Shown: piece by piece, positions 18,177 to 27,121 of the stretch | Layout: every line of letters starts with the position of its first letter | How positions within the stretch are numbered: position 1 is the stretch's first letter | Source of the DNA: Oceanitalea stevensii | GTDB taxonomy: Bacteria > Actinomycetota > Actinomycetes > Actinomycetales > Actinomycetaceae | Length of the DNA stretch: 41,471 nucleotides | Assembly: GCF_014837105.1 (NCBI RefSeq) | Contig: NZ_JACSPO010000016.1 | Location: 1-41,471, forward strand | Direction of reading: 5' to 3' | Program-made: the position numbers and the translations under genes | The notes under the pieces: model-generated | Told to the model about the DNA's origin: nothing | The model's database searches: none | Seen by the model: the letters and a program-made list of their open reading frames with translations, nothing else

Positions 18177-19589
18177 ATGTCCCAGCTCGAGGAGCGTGCC
18201 GAACCCCTGGCCGCGCAGCCGCCCGCCGTCGTCGAGCGTGAGGTCGAGACCGTCCTGCCCACCCGGCACGGCGCCTTCCGGATGCTCGGCTTCCGTGACG
18301 TCACCGGCACCGAGCACGTCGCCCTGGTCATGGGGCTCACCGAGCCGGACCCGCTCGACGCGCCGCTCGTGCGGGTCCACTCCGAGTGCCTCACCGGTGA
18401 CGCCTTCGGCTCCTGGCGCTGCGACTGCGGCGAGCAGCTGGACGCCGCGCTGGCGGCGGTGGCCGCCGAGGGCGAGGGCGCCGTCGTCTACGTCCGGGGG
18501 CACGAGGGCCGCGGCATCGGTCTCCTCGAGAAGCTGCGCGCCTACGCCCTGCAGGACCTCGGCGCCGACACCGTCGACGCCAACCTCGCCCTCGGGCACA
18601 GCGCCGACGCCCGCAGCTACGACCAGTCCGCCGCGATCCTCCACGACCTCGGCGTGCACCGGATCCGCCTCCTGTCCTCCAACCCCGCCAAGGAGGAGGC
18701 CCTCAGCGCCCTGGGCGTCGACGTCGTCGAGCGGGTGAGCCTCATCGTCCCCGCCCACCCCGAGAACGAGGCGTACCTCGCGACCAAGCGCGAGCGCATG
18801 CGGCACGACCGCCCGCGCGCGGACGACGCCTGGGACGCCCTCCTGGGGGGTGCGGTTCCCGCCGTGACACCGGACGACCCCGCGCACGAGCTGGTGGAGC
18901 GCTACGGCCCGCTCGTCGCCCTCGGCTCCCACGCCGTCGTCGCCCAGCTCGGCCAGAGCCTGGACGGCTTCATCGCCTCGAGGACCGGTGACGCGGAGTT
19001 CGTCACCGGTGAGGAGGACCGCGAGCACCTGCACCGGCTGCGGGCGCTCGTGGACGCCGTCGTCGTCGGGGTCGGGACGGTCACCGCCGACGACTGCCGC
19101 CTCACCGTGCGCGCCGTCCCCGGCCACCACCCCGTCCGGGTGGTCCTCGACCCGCGTGCCCGCACGCCCCTCGCCTCCCACGTGCTCACCGACGGCGCGG
19201 CGCCGACCCTGTGGCTCGTCGGCCCCGGCGCCGTCGTGCCCGACGACCTCCCCGGCCACGTCCACGTCGTCCGCCTGGACGACGACGGCCCGGCGGCCCC
19301 GGCGCGCGTGCTCGAGCTGCTGCGCGAGCGCGGCCTGGGCCGGGTGCTCGTCGAGGGCGGGGGCCGCGTCGTCTCCGCCTTCCTCGACGCCGGCGTGCTC
19401 GACCGCCTCTTCCTCACGACGGCGCCGGTCCTCATCGGCGACGGCGTCCCCGGGGTCCGCTTCACCGGCTCCGACCTCCTCGCCGACGCCGTCCGCACCC
19501 GCACGCGCCGGTTCCTCCTGGGCGAGGACGTGTGCACCGAGCTGGACCTGCGGGCGCTGCGCTCAGCCCGGGCCGAGACCGCGCCGTAG
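18177..19589 (+). CDS. ribA: Bifunctional GTP cyclohydrolase II (RibA-like) fused to a RibD C-terminal-type (DHFR-fold) reductase domain
   Basis: ATG at 18177 follows AGGAAGGA. The N-terminal domain carries the GCHII zinc motif RVHSECLTGDAFGSWRCDCGEQL and GRGIGLLEKLRAYALQDLGADTVDAN, so the ring-opening Tyr is retained. The C-terminal roughly 230 aa match RibD_C/DHFR-like reductase (LDGFIA...VVVGVGTVTADD...RVLVEGGGRVVSAFLDAGVLDRLFLTTAPVLIGDG). No deaminase domain is present. The N-terminal extension in the track ORF is a frame artefact. Confidence 0.8.
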   Translation: MSQLEERAEPLAAQPPAVVEREVETVLPTRHGAFRMLGFRDVTGTEHVALVMGLTEPDPLDAPLVRVHSECLTGDAFGSWRCDCGEQLDAALAAVAAEGEGAVVYVRGHEGRGIGLLEKLRAYALQDLGADTVDANLALGHSADARSYDQSAAILHDLGVHRIRLLSSNPAKEEALSALGVDVVERVSLIVPAHPENEAYLATKRERMRHDRPRADDAWDALLGGAVPAVTPDDPAHELVERYGPLVALGSHAVVAQLGQSLDGFIASRTGDAEFVTGEEDREHLHRLRALVDAVVVGVGTVTADDCRLTVRAVPGHHPVRVVLDPRARTPLASHVLTDGAAPTLWLVGPGAVVPDDLPGHVHVVRLDDDGPAAPARVLELLRERGLGRVLVEGGGRVVSAFLDAGVLDRLFLTTAPVLIGDGVPGVRFTGSDLLADAVRTRTRRFLLGEDVCTELDLRALRSARAETAP

Positions 19590-20615
19590 GTCCGCCGCGG
19601 TGTCGGCCCACGTGCGCAGGTGCTGCCGGCGCGCGAGGGCGGCCGCGCGCCACGCCGCGCGCTGCTCCGTGTCGGTCAGCCACCGGCGCAGCACCCGCGC
19701 CCACGCGCCGGGGTCCGCGGGCGGCACGGCGGTGCCGGCCGCGTCGTCGGGCAGCGGCTCGGGCCGGCCGGTGAGGGCCTCGACGGCGCCGGTGCCCGCG
19801 GACACGACCGCGGGCACGCCGTGGGCGAGCGCCTCGGTGACGACGAGCCCGTAGGTCTCCACGAGCGAGGGGACGAGCAGCAGGTCGGTGCGCTGCCACA
19901 GCCCCTCGAGGGCGTCCCCGGTGACGACGCCGGGAAGCGACACCCGGTCCGCCAGCCCCACCGTGTCGAGCGCGCGGAGCAGGTGCTCGGCGACGGCGGG
20001 CTGGGCGGTGCCCGGACCCGCGAAGGTCGCCTGCCACGGCAGGTCGCGCACGGCGTCGAGCGCCGGGACGAGCCCGGCGTGGTTCTTCACCCGGGTGAGG
20101 GCGCCGAGCGCGAGGAGGTGCGGCGGGCGGCTACCTGCCGCGACCGCGGCGGGCTCGGCCCCGGGCTTGGCCACGAGGACGCCGGTCCGCCCGTAGCGGC
20201 GGGTGAGGTCCGCGGCCGCCCAGCGGCTCGTCGTGACGACGGCGGACGCGGCGTGGACGGTACGGGACTCCAGCGCGGCGAGCCGGTCCGCGTCCGCGCG
20301 CGGTAGTCCGAGCTCGGCCGGCAGCGGGAGGTGGACGAGGAGGACCACGCGCACGCCGGCGGCGACGGCGGCACTCACCTCCCCGGGGCAGGCACTGCCC
20401 ACGAGGCCGTCGAGCACGACGGTGCCGGACGTGCCCAGCGCCCCTCGCAGCGCCTCCCGCTCGGCCGGCCCGGGCCGCGGCCACGACCCCGGCAGGGCGA
20501 GCACCTCCACCGGCCCGTGCGCGGCCTGCCAGGCGCGGGCCAGGCACGCGTCGTAGACGTCGCCCCCGCTCGGCCCGTCCCCGCGCGCGGGGACGACGAA
20601 CCGCAGCGCCGGCAC
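19563..20615 (-). CDS. Glycosyltransferase, GT-B fold (GT4-like, group 1)
   Basis: 350 aa with the C-terminal EX7E motif ETYGLVVTEALAHGVPAV typical of retaining GT4 enzymes. Its 3' end overlaps the GCHII-fusion gene convergently by 27 bp. Confidence 0.8.
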   Translation of the reverse strand: MPALRFVVPARGDGPSGGDVYDACLARAWQAAHGPVEVLALPGSWPRPGPAEREALRGALGTSGTVVLDGLVGSACPGEVSAAVAAGVRVVLLVHLPLPAELGLPRADADRLAALESRTVHAASAVVTTSRWAAADLTRRYGRTGVLVAKPGAEPAAVAAGSRPPHLLALGALTRVKNHAGLVPALDAVRDLPWQATFAGPGTAQPAVAEHLLRALDTVGLADRVSLPGVVTGDALEGLWQRTDLLLVPSLVETYGLVVTEALAHGVPAVVSAGTGAVEALTGRPEPLPDDAAGTAVPPADPGAWARVLRRWLTDTEQRAAWRAAALARRQHLRTWADTAADLRRGLGPG

Positions 20616-20618
20616 CGG

Positions 20619-21005
20619 CTAGCTCCCGGGGAGCTCGAGTCGGTAGGTCGCCCAGGCGTCGGGGTGCTCGCGCAGCGTGACCTCCAGCGCCGTGTACGGG
20701 GTCATGTCCAGCCCCTCGGCGAGACGGTGGGCCACGTGCCGGGCCACGACCTCGGTGGTGGTGACGAGCCCCGCGAAGTCCTCGAGGTCGTCGAGGTTTC
20801 GGTAGCGCAGCGCGCCGGTGACCTCACCGAGCCGCTCGGTCGCCGCGCCGATGTCGATGACGACGCCGTGCTCGTCGAGCTCGGGGCGGAACCACGTCGC
20901 CTCGACGACGTAGGTGACGCCGTGCAGCCCCTGGGCGGGGCCGAAGAACGGGTCGGGCAGGCTGTGGGCGACCATCATGTGGTCGCGGACCGTCACGCTG
21001 AACAC
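20619..21005 (-). CDS. 6-pyruvoyl-tetrahydropterin synthase (PTPS/QueD, COG0720) fold protein, divergent subfamily
   Basis: 128 aa. MFSVTVRDHMMVAHSLP aligns to the QueD/PTPS N-terminus (first zinc-ligand His is present). The position equivalent to the CxxxHGH motif reads AQGLHGV, so the catalytic Cys and one zinc His are replaced. It is tightly packed between the GT and the dehydrogenase (gaps of 3 bp and 0 bp). Confidence 0.7.
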   Translation of the reverse strand: MFSVTVRDHMMVAHSLPDPFFGPAQGLHGVTYVVEATWFRPELDEHGVVIDIGAATERLGEVTGALRYRNLDDLEDFAGLVTTTEVVARHVAHRLAEGLDMTPYTALEVTLREHPDAWATYRLELPGS

Positions 21006-21980
21006 TCAGCTCTCCTCGGGGTAGCGGATGACGTGGCACAGGGCCGGGAGCCGGCCGGAGGCGATGTCCGCCATGGTCCCGGGCAGCTCGGCGAAGGCGC
21101 TGGCGCCGGTGAGGAGGGCGTCGAAGCGCGGGTCGCGCAGCGCGTCCAGGGCCACTCCCAGCCGGTCCGCGGTGGTGCGGCGGGCGCGGCGGGCGGCGCT
21201 GACGGCACCGACCTGGCTGGCGCGGACGGTGAGCCGACGGGCGTGGAAGGCCTCCCCCAGCGGGACGCGCGGCGCGTCGGTGCCGTACCACGACAGCTCG
21301 ACGACCTCCGCCTCCTCCCCGGCCAGCCGCAGGGCGGTGGCGAGGCCGGCCTCGCTCGCCGAGCAGTGCAGGACGACGTCGCAGTCCCCGGCGGCCTCCT
21401 CCGGGGTGACGAGCTCCAGCCCGAGGCGCGCGGCGAGCTCCCCACGGCGCGGGTCGACGTCCACCACCTGGAGCCGCCCGAGCGGGAAGCCGCCGAGCAG
21501 GGCGGCGACGGACGCGCCGATCATCCCCATGCCGACGACGGCGACCCTGTCGCCCAGCCGTGGGGCGGCGTCCCACAGGGCGTTGACGGCGGTCTCGACG
21601 GCGCCGGCGAGCAGGGCGCGCTCGGTGGGCACGTCGTCGGGCACGGGGACGACGGCGGTGGCGGGCACGACGTACCGCGTCTGGTGGGGGTACAGGCAGA
21701 ACACCCGCCGGCCGACCAGCTCCTCGGGGCCGGCGTCGACGACGCCGACGGAGAGGTAGCCGTACTTCACCGGGCCGGGCAGGTCGCCCTCCTGAAACGG
21801 GGCGCGCATGAGCGGGCGGACGGCCTCGGGCACCGCGTGGCGGTGGACGAGCGTCTCGGTGCCCCGGCTGATCGCCGAGGCCAGGGTGCGGACGAGCACC
21901 TCGCCGGGTCCGGGAGCGTCGAGGGACGTCTGCCGGAGCTGTCCCTCCTCGGGACCGACCGTCCAGTACGCCTCGACCAT
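21006..21980 (-). CDS. Zn-dependent medium-chain dehydrogenase/reductase (threonine/sorbitol-dehydrogenase-like)
   Basis: True start is an internal ATG at about 21978-21980 (MVEAYWTVGPEEGQL...). The GroES-like N-domain reads GEVLVRTLASAISRGTE. A Rossmann GxGxxG-like motif is VAVVGMGMIGASVAALL. The upstream part of the track ORF is an artefact. Confidence 0.8.
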   Translation of the reverse strand: MVEAYWTVGPEEGQLRQTSLDAPGPGEVLVRTLASAISRGTETLVHRHAVPEAVRPLMRAPFQEGDLPGPVKYGYLSVGVVDAGPEELVGRRVFCLYPHQTRYVVPATAVVPVPDDVPTERALLAGAVETAVNALWDAAPRLGDRVAVVGMGMIGASVAALLGGFPLGRLQVVDVDPRRGELAARLGLELVTPEEAAGDCDVVLHCSASEAGLATALRLAGEEAEVVELSWYGTDAPRVPLGEAFHARRLTVRASQVGAVSAARRARRTTADRLGVALDALRDPRFDALLTGASAFAELPGTMADIASGRLPALCHVIRYPEES

Positions 21981-22116
21981 CACGGGCCCATCCTGCCCGC
22001 CGGGCACGTGTCGACGCGAACGGGCACGCGCGCGCCGACGGGCGTCCCAGCACTTATGCTCACGCTGACCCAGGGGCGCGGGGAACCCGTGCCCGCGTGA
22101 ACGGAAGTGAGATCTC

Positions 22117-23067
22117 ATGGCCGGTGGCCTTGCTGCACTGCTCGACGACATCGCCGCCCTGGCCAAGATCGCCGCGGCCTCGGTCGACGACATCGGTGCC
22201 GCAGCGGGCCGCGCCAGCGCCAAGGCCGTGGGCGTCGTCATCGACGACACCGCGGTGACGCCGCGCTACGTCCACGGCTTCACCTCCAACCGCGAGCTGC
22301 CGATGATCCGGAAGATCGCGACCGGCTCCCTGCGCAACAAGCTCGTCTTCATCCTCCCGGCGATCCTGCTGCTCAGCCAGTTCCTCCCGTGGCTGCTCAC
22401 CCCGATCCTCATGGTCGGTGGTCTCTACCTCAGTTACGAGGGCGCGGAGAAGCTCTACGAGTACGTCACCGGGCACCACAAGGAGAAGACGGCGGCCCCC
22501 GCCGCCGCGAAGGGCGAGGACCACGAGAAGACGATGGTGAGCGGCGCGATCCGCACCGACTTCATCCTCTCCGCCGAGATCATGGTCATCGCGCTCAACG
22601 AGGTCGCCGACGAGCCGCTCCTCAACCGGGCGATCATCCTCGTCGTCGTGGCCCTGGGGATCACGGCGCTCGTCTACGGCGTCGTCGCGCTCATCGTTAA
22701 GATGGACGACATCGGCCTCAGCCTCGCGAAGCGGGACTCCGCCGGCTCCCAGAAGGTCGGCCGCCTCCTCGTCAAGGGGATGCCGAAGGTGCTCGCGGTG
22801 CTCTCCGTCGTCGGCGTCGTGGCGATGCTCTGGGTCGGTGGGCACATCCTGCTCGTCGGGGTCGACGACCTCGGCTGGCACGCGCCCTACGAGCTCGTCC
22901 ACCACCTCGAGGAGGCCGTGGCCGGTGGGCTCGGAGCGCTGAGCGGCTTCGTCACCTGGCTCGTCAACACGCTGTCCTCGGCGGTCGTCGGGCTCGTCGT
23001 GGGCGCCGTCGTCGTCGTCATCATGCACCTGGTCCCGCGCCGGAAGAAGGACGCCGCCGCCCACTGA
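22117..23067 (+). CDS. DUF808-family inner-membrane protein (YedI-like)
   Basis: The N-terminus MAGGLAALLDDIAALAKIAAASVDD...NRELPMIRKIATGSLRNKLVFILP is characteristic of the YedI/DUF808 family. There are several TM helices. Confidence 0.8.
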   Translation: MAGGLAALLDDIAALAKIAAASVDDIGAAAGRASAKAVGVVIDDTAVTPRYVHGFTSNRELPMIRKIATGSLRNKLVFILPAILLLSQFLPWLLTPILMVGGLYLSYEGAEKLYEYVTGHHKEKTAAPAAAKGEDHEKTMVSGAIRTDFILSAEIMVIALNEVADEPLLNRAIILVVVALGITALVYGVVALIVKMDDIGLSLAKRDSAGSQKVGRLLVKGMPKVLAVLSVVGVVAMLWVGGHILLVGVDDLGWHAPYELVHHLEEAVAGGLGALSGFVTWLVNTLSSAVVGLVVGAVVVVIMHLVPRRKKDAAAH

Positions 23068-23080
23068 CCCAGGAACAAGT

Positions 23081-23117
23081 CAGCTCTCGGCGACGGGCGT
23101 CCTGTCGCCGAGAGCTG
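23081..23117. terminator. Bidirectional terminator hairpin between the convergent DUF808 and nadE genes
   Basis: CAGCTCTCGGCGAC-gggcgtcct-GTCGCCGAGAGCTG, a perfect 14-bp stem. Confidence 0.6.
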
Positions 23118-23139
23118 ACGTGTTACTGGGCCCTGAGTC

Positions 23140-23981
23140 TCAGGGGCGGCCGAGGTAGCCGTCGGGCGTGACGGGCAGTGCCCGCTTGTGGCCGGTGCGG
23201 CGGTACCAGCCGACGATGGTCGCCTCGTCCTCGGCCGAGACCTCGCGGCCCTCGAGGTAGTCGTCCACGGCCTCGTAGCGCACCCCGAGCGCCTCCTCGT
23301 CGGCGAGCAGCGGCTTGTCCGACTCGAGGTCGGCGGTGGGGACCTTGTTGACGAGCTCGTCCGGCGTGCCGAGGCGGCGCCCGATGTCGCGCACCCGACG
23401 CTTGGGCAGCCCGAACAGCGGGGTGACGTCCGCGGCGCCGTCGCCGTGCTTGGTGTAGAAGCCGACGCACGCCTCGGCCGCCTGGTCGGTGCCGACGACG
23501 AGCATGCCGCGAGCACCGGCGATCGCGTACTGGCTGACCATCCGCATCCGGGCCTTGACGTTGCCCTTGTGGTAGTCGTCCTTGGCGTCGGTGACCGGTG
23601 TGCGCGAGGCGAGGACCTGGTCCCACAGGGCGTCGGTGGCCGGCCCGATGTCGATGGTCTCGACGAGGTCGGCGTCGATGAACTCGATGGCGGCGACGGC
23701 GTCGTGCTCGTCCTTCTGCACCCGGTAGGGCAGGCGCACGGCCACGAACTGGGCCTCGCCGCCTGCCTCGCGCACCCGCTCGCAGGCGAGCTGGCACAGG
23801 CGTCCGGCGACCGTCGAGTCGACGCCGCCGCTGATCCCGAGGACGAGGCCCTTGGCCCCGGTGTCCTGGAGGTACCGGGCGAGGAACTCGATGCGACGCT
23901 CCGCCTCGGCGGCGGCGTCGAACGTCTCGGGGTCGACGACCTCGAGCGCGGCGATGATCTCCGACTGCAGCTGGGTGTCCA
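23140..23981 (-). CDS. nadE: NH3-dependent NAD+ synthetase
   Basis: Start at the internal ATG 23979-23981 (MDTQLQSEIIAAL), which aligns with the E. coli NadE N-terminus. The PP-loop is SGGVDS. Conserved regions read FVAVRLPYRVQ, GTDQAAEACVGFYTKHGDGAADVTPL and KVPTADLE...DEEALGVRYEAVDDYLEG. Confidence 0.9.
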
Positions 23982-24075
23982 TTCCCGTGAATCTACTGGT
24001 GCAATGTTTCGTCGTCATTCCGGACGGCCGGACTCTCGGCGGGTGCCCGGGGCGCGGCGCCTCTAGCGTGGGCGG

Positions 24076-25617
24076 ATGAGCCCACGCCCCGCCTCACCGC
24101 TCGACCTGTCCCTGCCCGACGGCGGTGGCCGGCGGGTCCTCGTCACCGGTGCCAGCGGCTACGTCGGCGGACGCCTCGTCCCCGAGCTCGTCGCCGCCGG
24201 CTTCACGGTGCGTGCCGGGGCGCGCGACCCGCGCAAGCTCGAGGACCGGCCCTGGGCCAAGGACGTCGAGCTCGTCACCGCCGACCTCGAGGACGCCGAG
24301 CAGGTGGGCGCCGCGATGGCCGACGTCCACACGGTCCTCTACCTCGTCCACTCGATGGGTGGGGGCGGGGACTTCGTCGAGCGGGAGGCGCAGATCGCCC
24401 GGACGGTGGCCGAGGCGGCCGCCGCACAGGGCGTGCAGCAGATCGTCTACCTCGGCGGCCTGCACCCGGACCGGGAGCTCGACGAGCTGTCGGACCACAT
24501 GCGCTCGCGCGAGCAGGTGGGCCGCATCCTGCTCGGCTCCAGCGTCCCCACGGTCGTGCTGCGCGCCGGCGTCGTCATCGGGTCCGGCTCGGCCTCCTTC
24601 GAGATGATCCGCCACCTCACCGAACGGCTGCCCGTCATGCCCGGGCCCCGCTGGCTCGACAACCTCATCGAGCCGATCGCCATCCGCGACGTCCTCTACT
24701 ACCTCGCCCACGCGAGCGCGCTGGCGGAGCCGGTCAACCGCACCTTCGACATCGGCTCCGGCAAGCCGCAGCCCTTCAAGGACCTGCTCTCGGACTACGC
24801 GAAGGTGGCCGGGCTGCGGCCCCGGCGGATCTGGGCGCTGCCGATCCCGGCCCCGCGCCTGTCAGGCTTCTGGATCGGGATGACGACGCCGATCCCCCGC
24901 GCGCTGGCGATGCCGCTCGCCGCGTCGATGGCCGAGGACGCCGTGGCCGGGGACCACGAGATCGCCACGGTCATCCCCGACCCGCCCGGCGGGCTCACCC
25001 AGTACCCCGACGCGTGCCGGCTCGCGATCGAGCGGCAGGTCTCCGGCCGGGTGACGGCCAGCTGGGACGACGACGTCACCGCGTCCGCCGGCCCCGCCGA
25101 CCCGCTGCCCTCGGACCCCGACTGGGCCGGGCACACCGTCTACACCGACGTCCGCGAGCGCGACGGCAGGGCCGCGCCGGAGTCGGTGTGGCGGGTGGTC
25201 CAGGGCATCGGCGGCGAGAACGGGTGGTACTCCCCGGCGTTGCTGTGGAGGCTGCGCGGGTTCCTCGACAAGCTCGTCGGCGGGCCCGGCATGGCGCGCG
25301 GACGGCGCCACCCGCACCGGCTGCAGGTCGGGGACCACGTGGACTTCTGGCGGGTGGAGTCGGTGGAGCCCGGACGGCGTCTCACGCTGCGCGCCGAGAT
25401 GCGCGCGTCCGGCCGGGCCTGGCTGGAGCTGTCCGTCGACGCCCTGCCGAGCGGCGGCTCCCGCTACCGGCAGCGCGCGATCTTCTTCCCCCGCGGCATC
25501 TTCGGGCGCCTGTACTGGCTGGCCGTGCTGCCTTTCCACACCCTGATCTTCCCGGTCATGGCGCGCAACATCCTCCACGAGGCCGAGCGGCACCCGGTGA
25601 CCGGCAGCGCGTCCTGA
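24076..25617 (+). CDS. NAD(P)-binding (SDR/NmrA-like) domain fused to DUF2867
   Basis: The N-terminal Rossmann motif is VLVTGASGYVGGRLVPEL. A C-terminal domain of about 170 aa has the DUF2867-like character seen in this known fusion architecture. Confidence 0.7.
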   Translation: MSPRPASPLDLSLPDGGGRRVLVTGASGYVGGRLVPELVAAGFTVRAGARDPRKLEDRPWAKDVELVTADLEDAEQVGAAMADVHTVLYLVHSMGGGGDFVEREAQIARTVAEAAAAQGVQQIVYLGGLHPDRELDELSDHMRSREQVGRILLGSSVPTVVLRAGVVIGSGSASFEMIRHLTERLPVMPGPRWLDNLIEPIAIRDVLYYLAHASALAEPVNRTFDIGSGKPQPFKDLLSDYAKVAGLRPRRIWALPIPAPRLSGFWIGMTTPIPRALAMPLAASMAEDAVAGDHEIATVIPDPPGGLTQYPDACRLAIERQVSGRVTASWDDDVTASAGPADPLPSDPDWAGHTVYTDVRERDGRAAPESVWRVVQGIGGENGWYSPALLWRLRGFLDKLVGGPGMARGRRHPHRLQVGDHVDFWRVESVEPGRRLTLRAEMRASGRAWLELSVDALPSGGSRYRQRAIFFPRGIFGRLYWLAVLPFHTLIFPVMARNILHEAERHPVTGSAS

Positions 25618-25644
25618 CGCTGGGAGCCCGGTCCGTCGCGAGGG

Positions 25645-26121
25645 TCAGACGTAGAAGCCCTCGCGCAGGTTGATGCCGTGCTCGACCCAGGCCTTCATCG
25701 CGCCCAGCATGCTCGTCCAGCCCTCGCAGTTGTCGAAGGCCCGGCGCGCGCCGTCCGGCGTCGCGCGCCACGAGGACTCGGTGATGGTGACGAGGGTGCG
25801 CGAGTCGTCGTCGAGCGGCTCGAGCTCGAAGACGACCGTCGTCGTCCCCCGCTCGCTCGTCGTCGCCTCGCCGTCCCACTCGATGACGATGCGCCGGGGC
25901 TTGTCGGCCTCGAGGACGCGCACGGGGAAGGCGCCGGGGAAGTCGTGGAAGTCCCACGTCACCTCGGCGCCGGCCTCGAGGCGTCCGCGCGCGCCGCCGG
26001 TGGTGAAGTACCTCGAGAGCCGCTCGGGGTCGGCGATCGCCTCGTAGACCTCGGCGCAGGGCCGTGAGACGCGGCCCGACACGGTGAAGCTCAGCTCGCT
26101 CAGCTGCTCTGACGTGTTCAT
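25645..26121 (-). CDS. SRPBCC-fold protein (AHSA1 / activator of Hsp90 ATPase homolog-like)
   Basis: 158 aa. Pattern and size match the AHSA1/SRPBCC domain. It is divergently paired with an ArsR regulator, a recurrent arrangement. Confidence 0.7.
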   Translation of the reverse strand: MNTSEQLSELSFTVSGRVSRPCAEVYEAIADPERLSRYFTTGGARGRLEAGAEVTWDFHDFPGAFPVRVLEADKPRRIVIEWDGEATTSERGTTTVVFELEPLDDDSRTLVTITESSWRATPDGARRAFDNCEGWTSMLGAMKAWVEHGINLREGFYV

Positions 26122-26137
26122 GTGATATTTTTACAAC

Positions 26138-26464
26138 GTGTCTGCGGGTGAGGTCAACGGGTCCGACGACGATCTCGTCTTCAAGGCGCTCGCCTCCCCC
26201 ACCCGCCGCCGCATCCTCGACCTCCTCAGGGCCGGCTCGAGGACCACCGGCGAGGTCGCGGCCCACGTCCCCGAGCTCGACCGCACGACCGTCCTCCAGC
26301 ACCTGCGGGTGCTGGAGCGCGCCGAGCTCGTCACCGGGCGCAAGGTCGGGCGCGAGCGCCACCTGTCCCTCGCACCGCTGCCGATCAAGCGCATCCACGA
26401 CCGCTGGATCGGCGAGTACGCCCGCGCGGCCGTCGAGCTGCTCGAGGACCTCGACCGCCACTGA
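26138..26464 (+). CDS. ArsR/SmtB-family HTH transcriptional regulator
   Basis: LASPTRRRILDLLRAGSRTTGEVAAHVPELDRTTVLQHLRVLERAELV is the ArsR winged-helix signature. The start may be a GTG a few codons downstream. Confidence 0.8.
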   Translation: MSAGEVNGSDDDLVFKALASPTRRRILDLLRAGSRTTGEVAAHVPELDRTTVLQHLRVLERAELVTGRKVGRERHLSLAPLPIKRIHDRWIGEYARAAVELLEDLDRH

Positions 26465-26500
26465 CCTGCGCCCGGTCGCCGCCTGTCGAAGAATGGCCAG

Positions 26501-27052
26501 ATGCCTCTGCTCACCGTGGGACACGGATCGCTCGAGAGTGCCGGGCTCGCCTCCCTCCTCACCAACCGGCGGGTGGCCGCCGTCGTCGACATCCGCCGCT
26601 TCCCCGGCAGCCGCCGCAACGCCGACGTCGCGCGGGACGCCATGGCGCAGTGGCTGCCCGAGGCTGGGGTCGCCTACCGGTGGGAGCCGCGCCTGGGCGG
26701 GCGCCGCCACCTCCGCAAGGCCGAGGACGCCGCCTCCCCGGACACGTGGTGGCAGGTGGACGCCTTCCGCGCCTACGCGGGCTACACGCGGACCGAGGAG
26801 TTCACGGCCGCTCTCGGCGAGGTGGCCGAGGAGGCCCGCGGGGACGCTCGCATCGCCGTCATGTGCTCCGAGGCGGTGTGGTGGCGCTGCCACCGCCGGC
26901 TGGTCGCCGACGTCGCGACGCTGCTGCTCGACCTGCCCGTCCACCACCTCATGCACGACGGCGAGGTGCGCCTCCACGAGCCGTCCGACGGCGCCCGGGT
27001 GCGTGACGGCGTCGTCGTGTGGGACGGCACGCCCGCCCCAGCGGACCCGTGA
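26501..27052 (+). CDS. DUF488-family protein
   Basis: The N-terminus LLTVGHGS and the motif IAVMCSEAVWWRCHRRLVAD are characteristic of DUF488. Confidence 0.7.
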   Translation: MPLLTVGHGSLESAGLASLLTNRRVAAVVDIRRFPGSRRNADVARDAMAQWLPEAGVAYRWEPRLGGRRHLRKAEDAASPDTWWQVDAFRAYAGYTRTEEFTAALGEVAEEARGDARIAVMCSEAVWWRCHRRLVADVATLLLDLPVHHLMHDGEVRLHEPSDGARVRDGVVVWDGTPAPADP

Positions 27053-27121
27053 ACGGCTCCTGAACGTCGGCACGCGCCGCCGCGAGCGGTGGCCGCCCGG
27101 TGCGGCCGGCGACGGTCGCGC

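Noticed and set aside
20331-22100. 589-aa plus-strand ORF across the GT4/PTPS/dehydrogenase operon
   Set aside because: It is antisense to three tightly packed, well-supported minus-strand genes, with a Gly/Arg/Asp-rich artefact translation.
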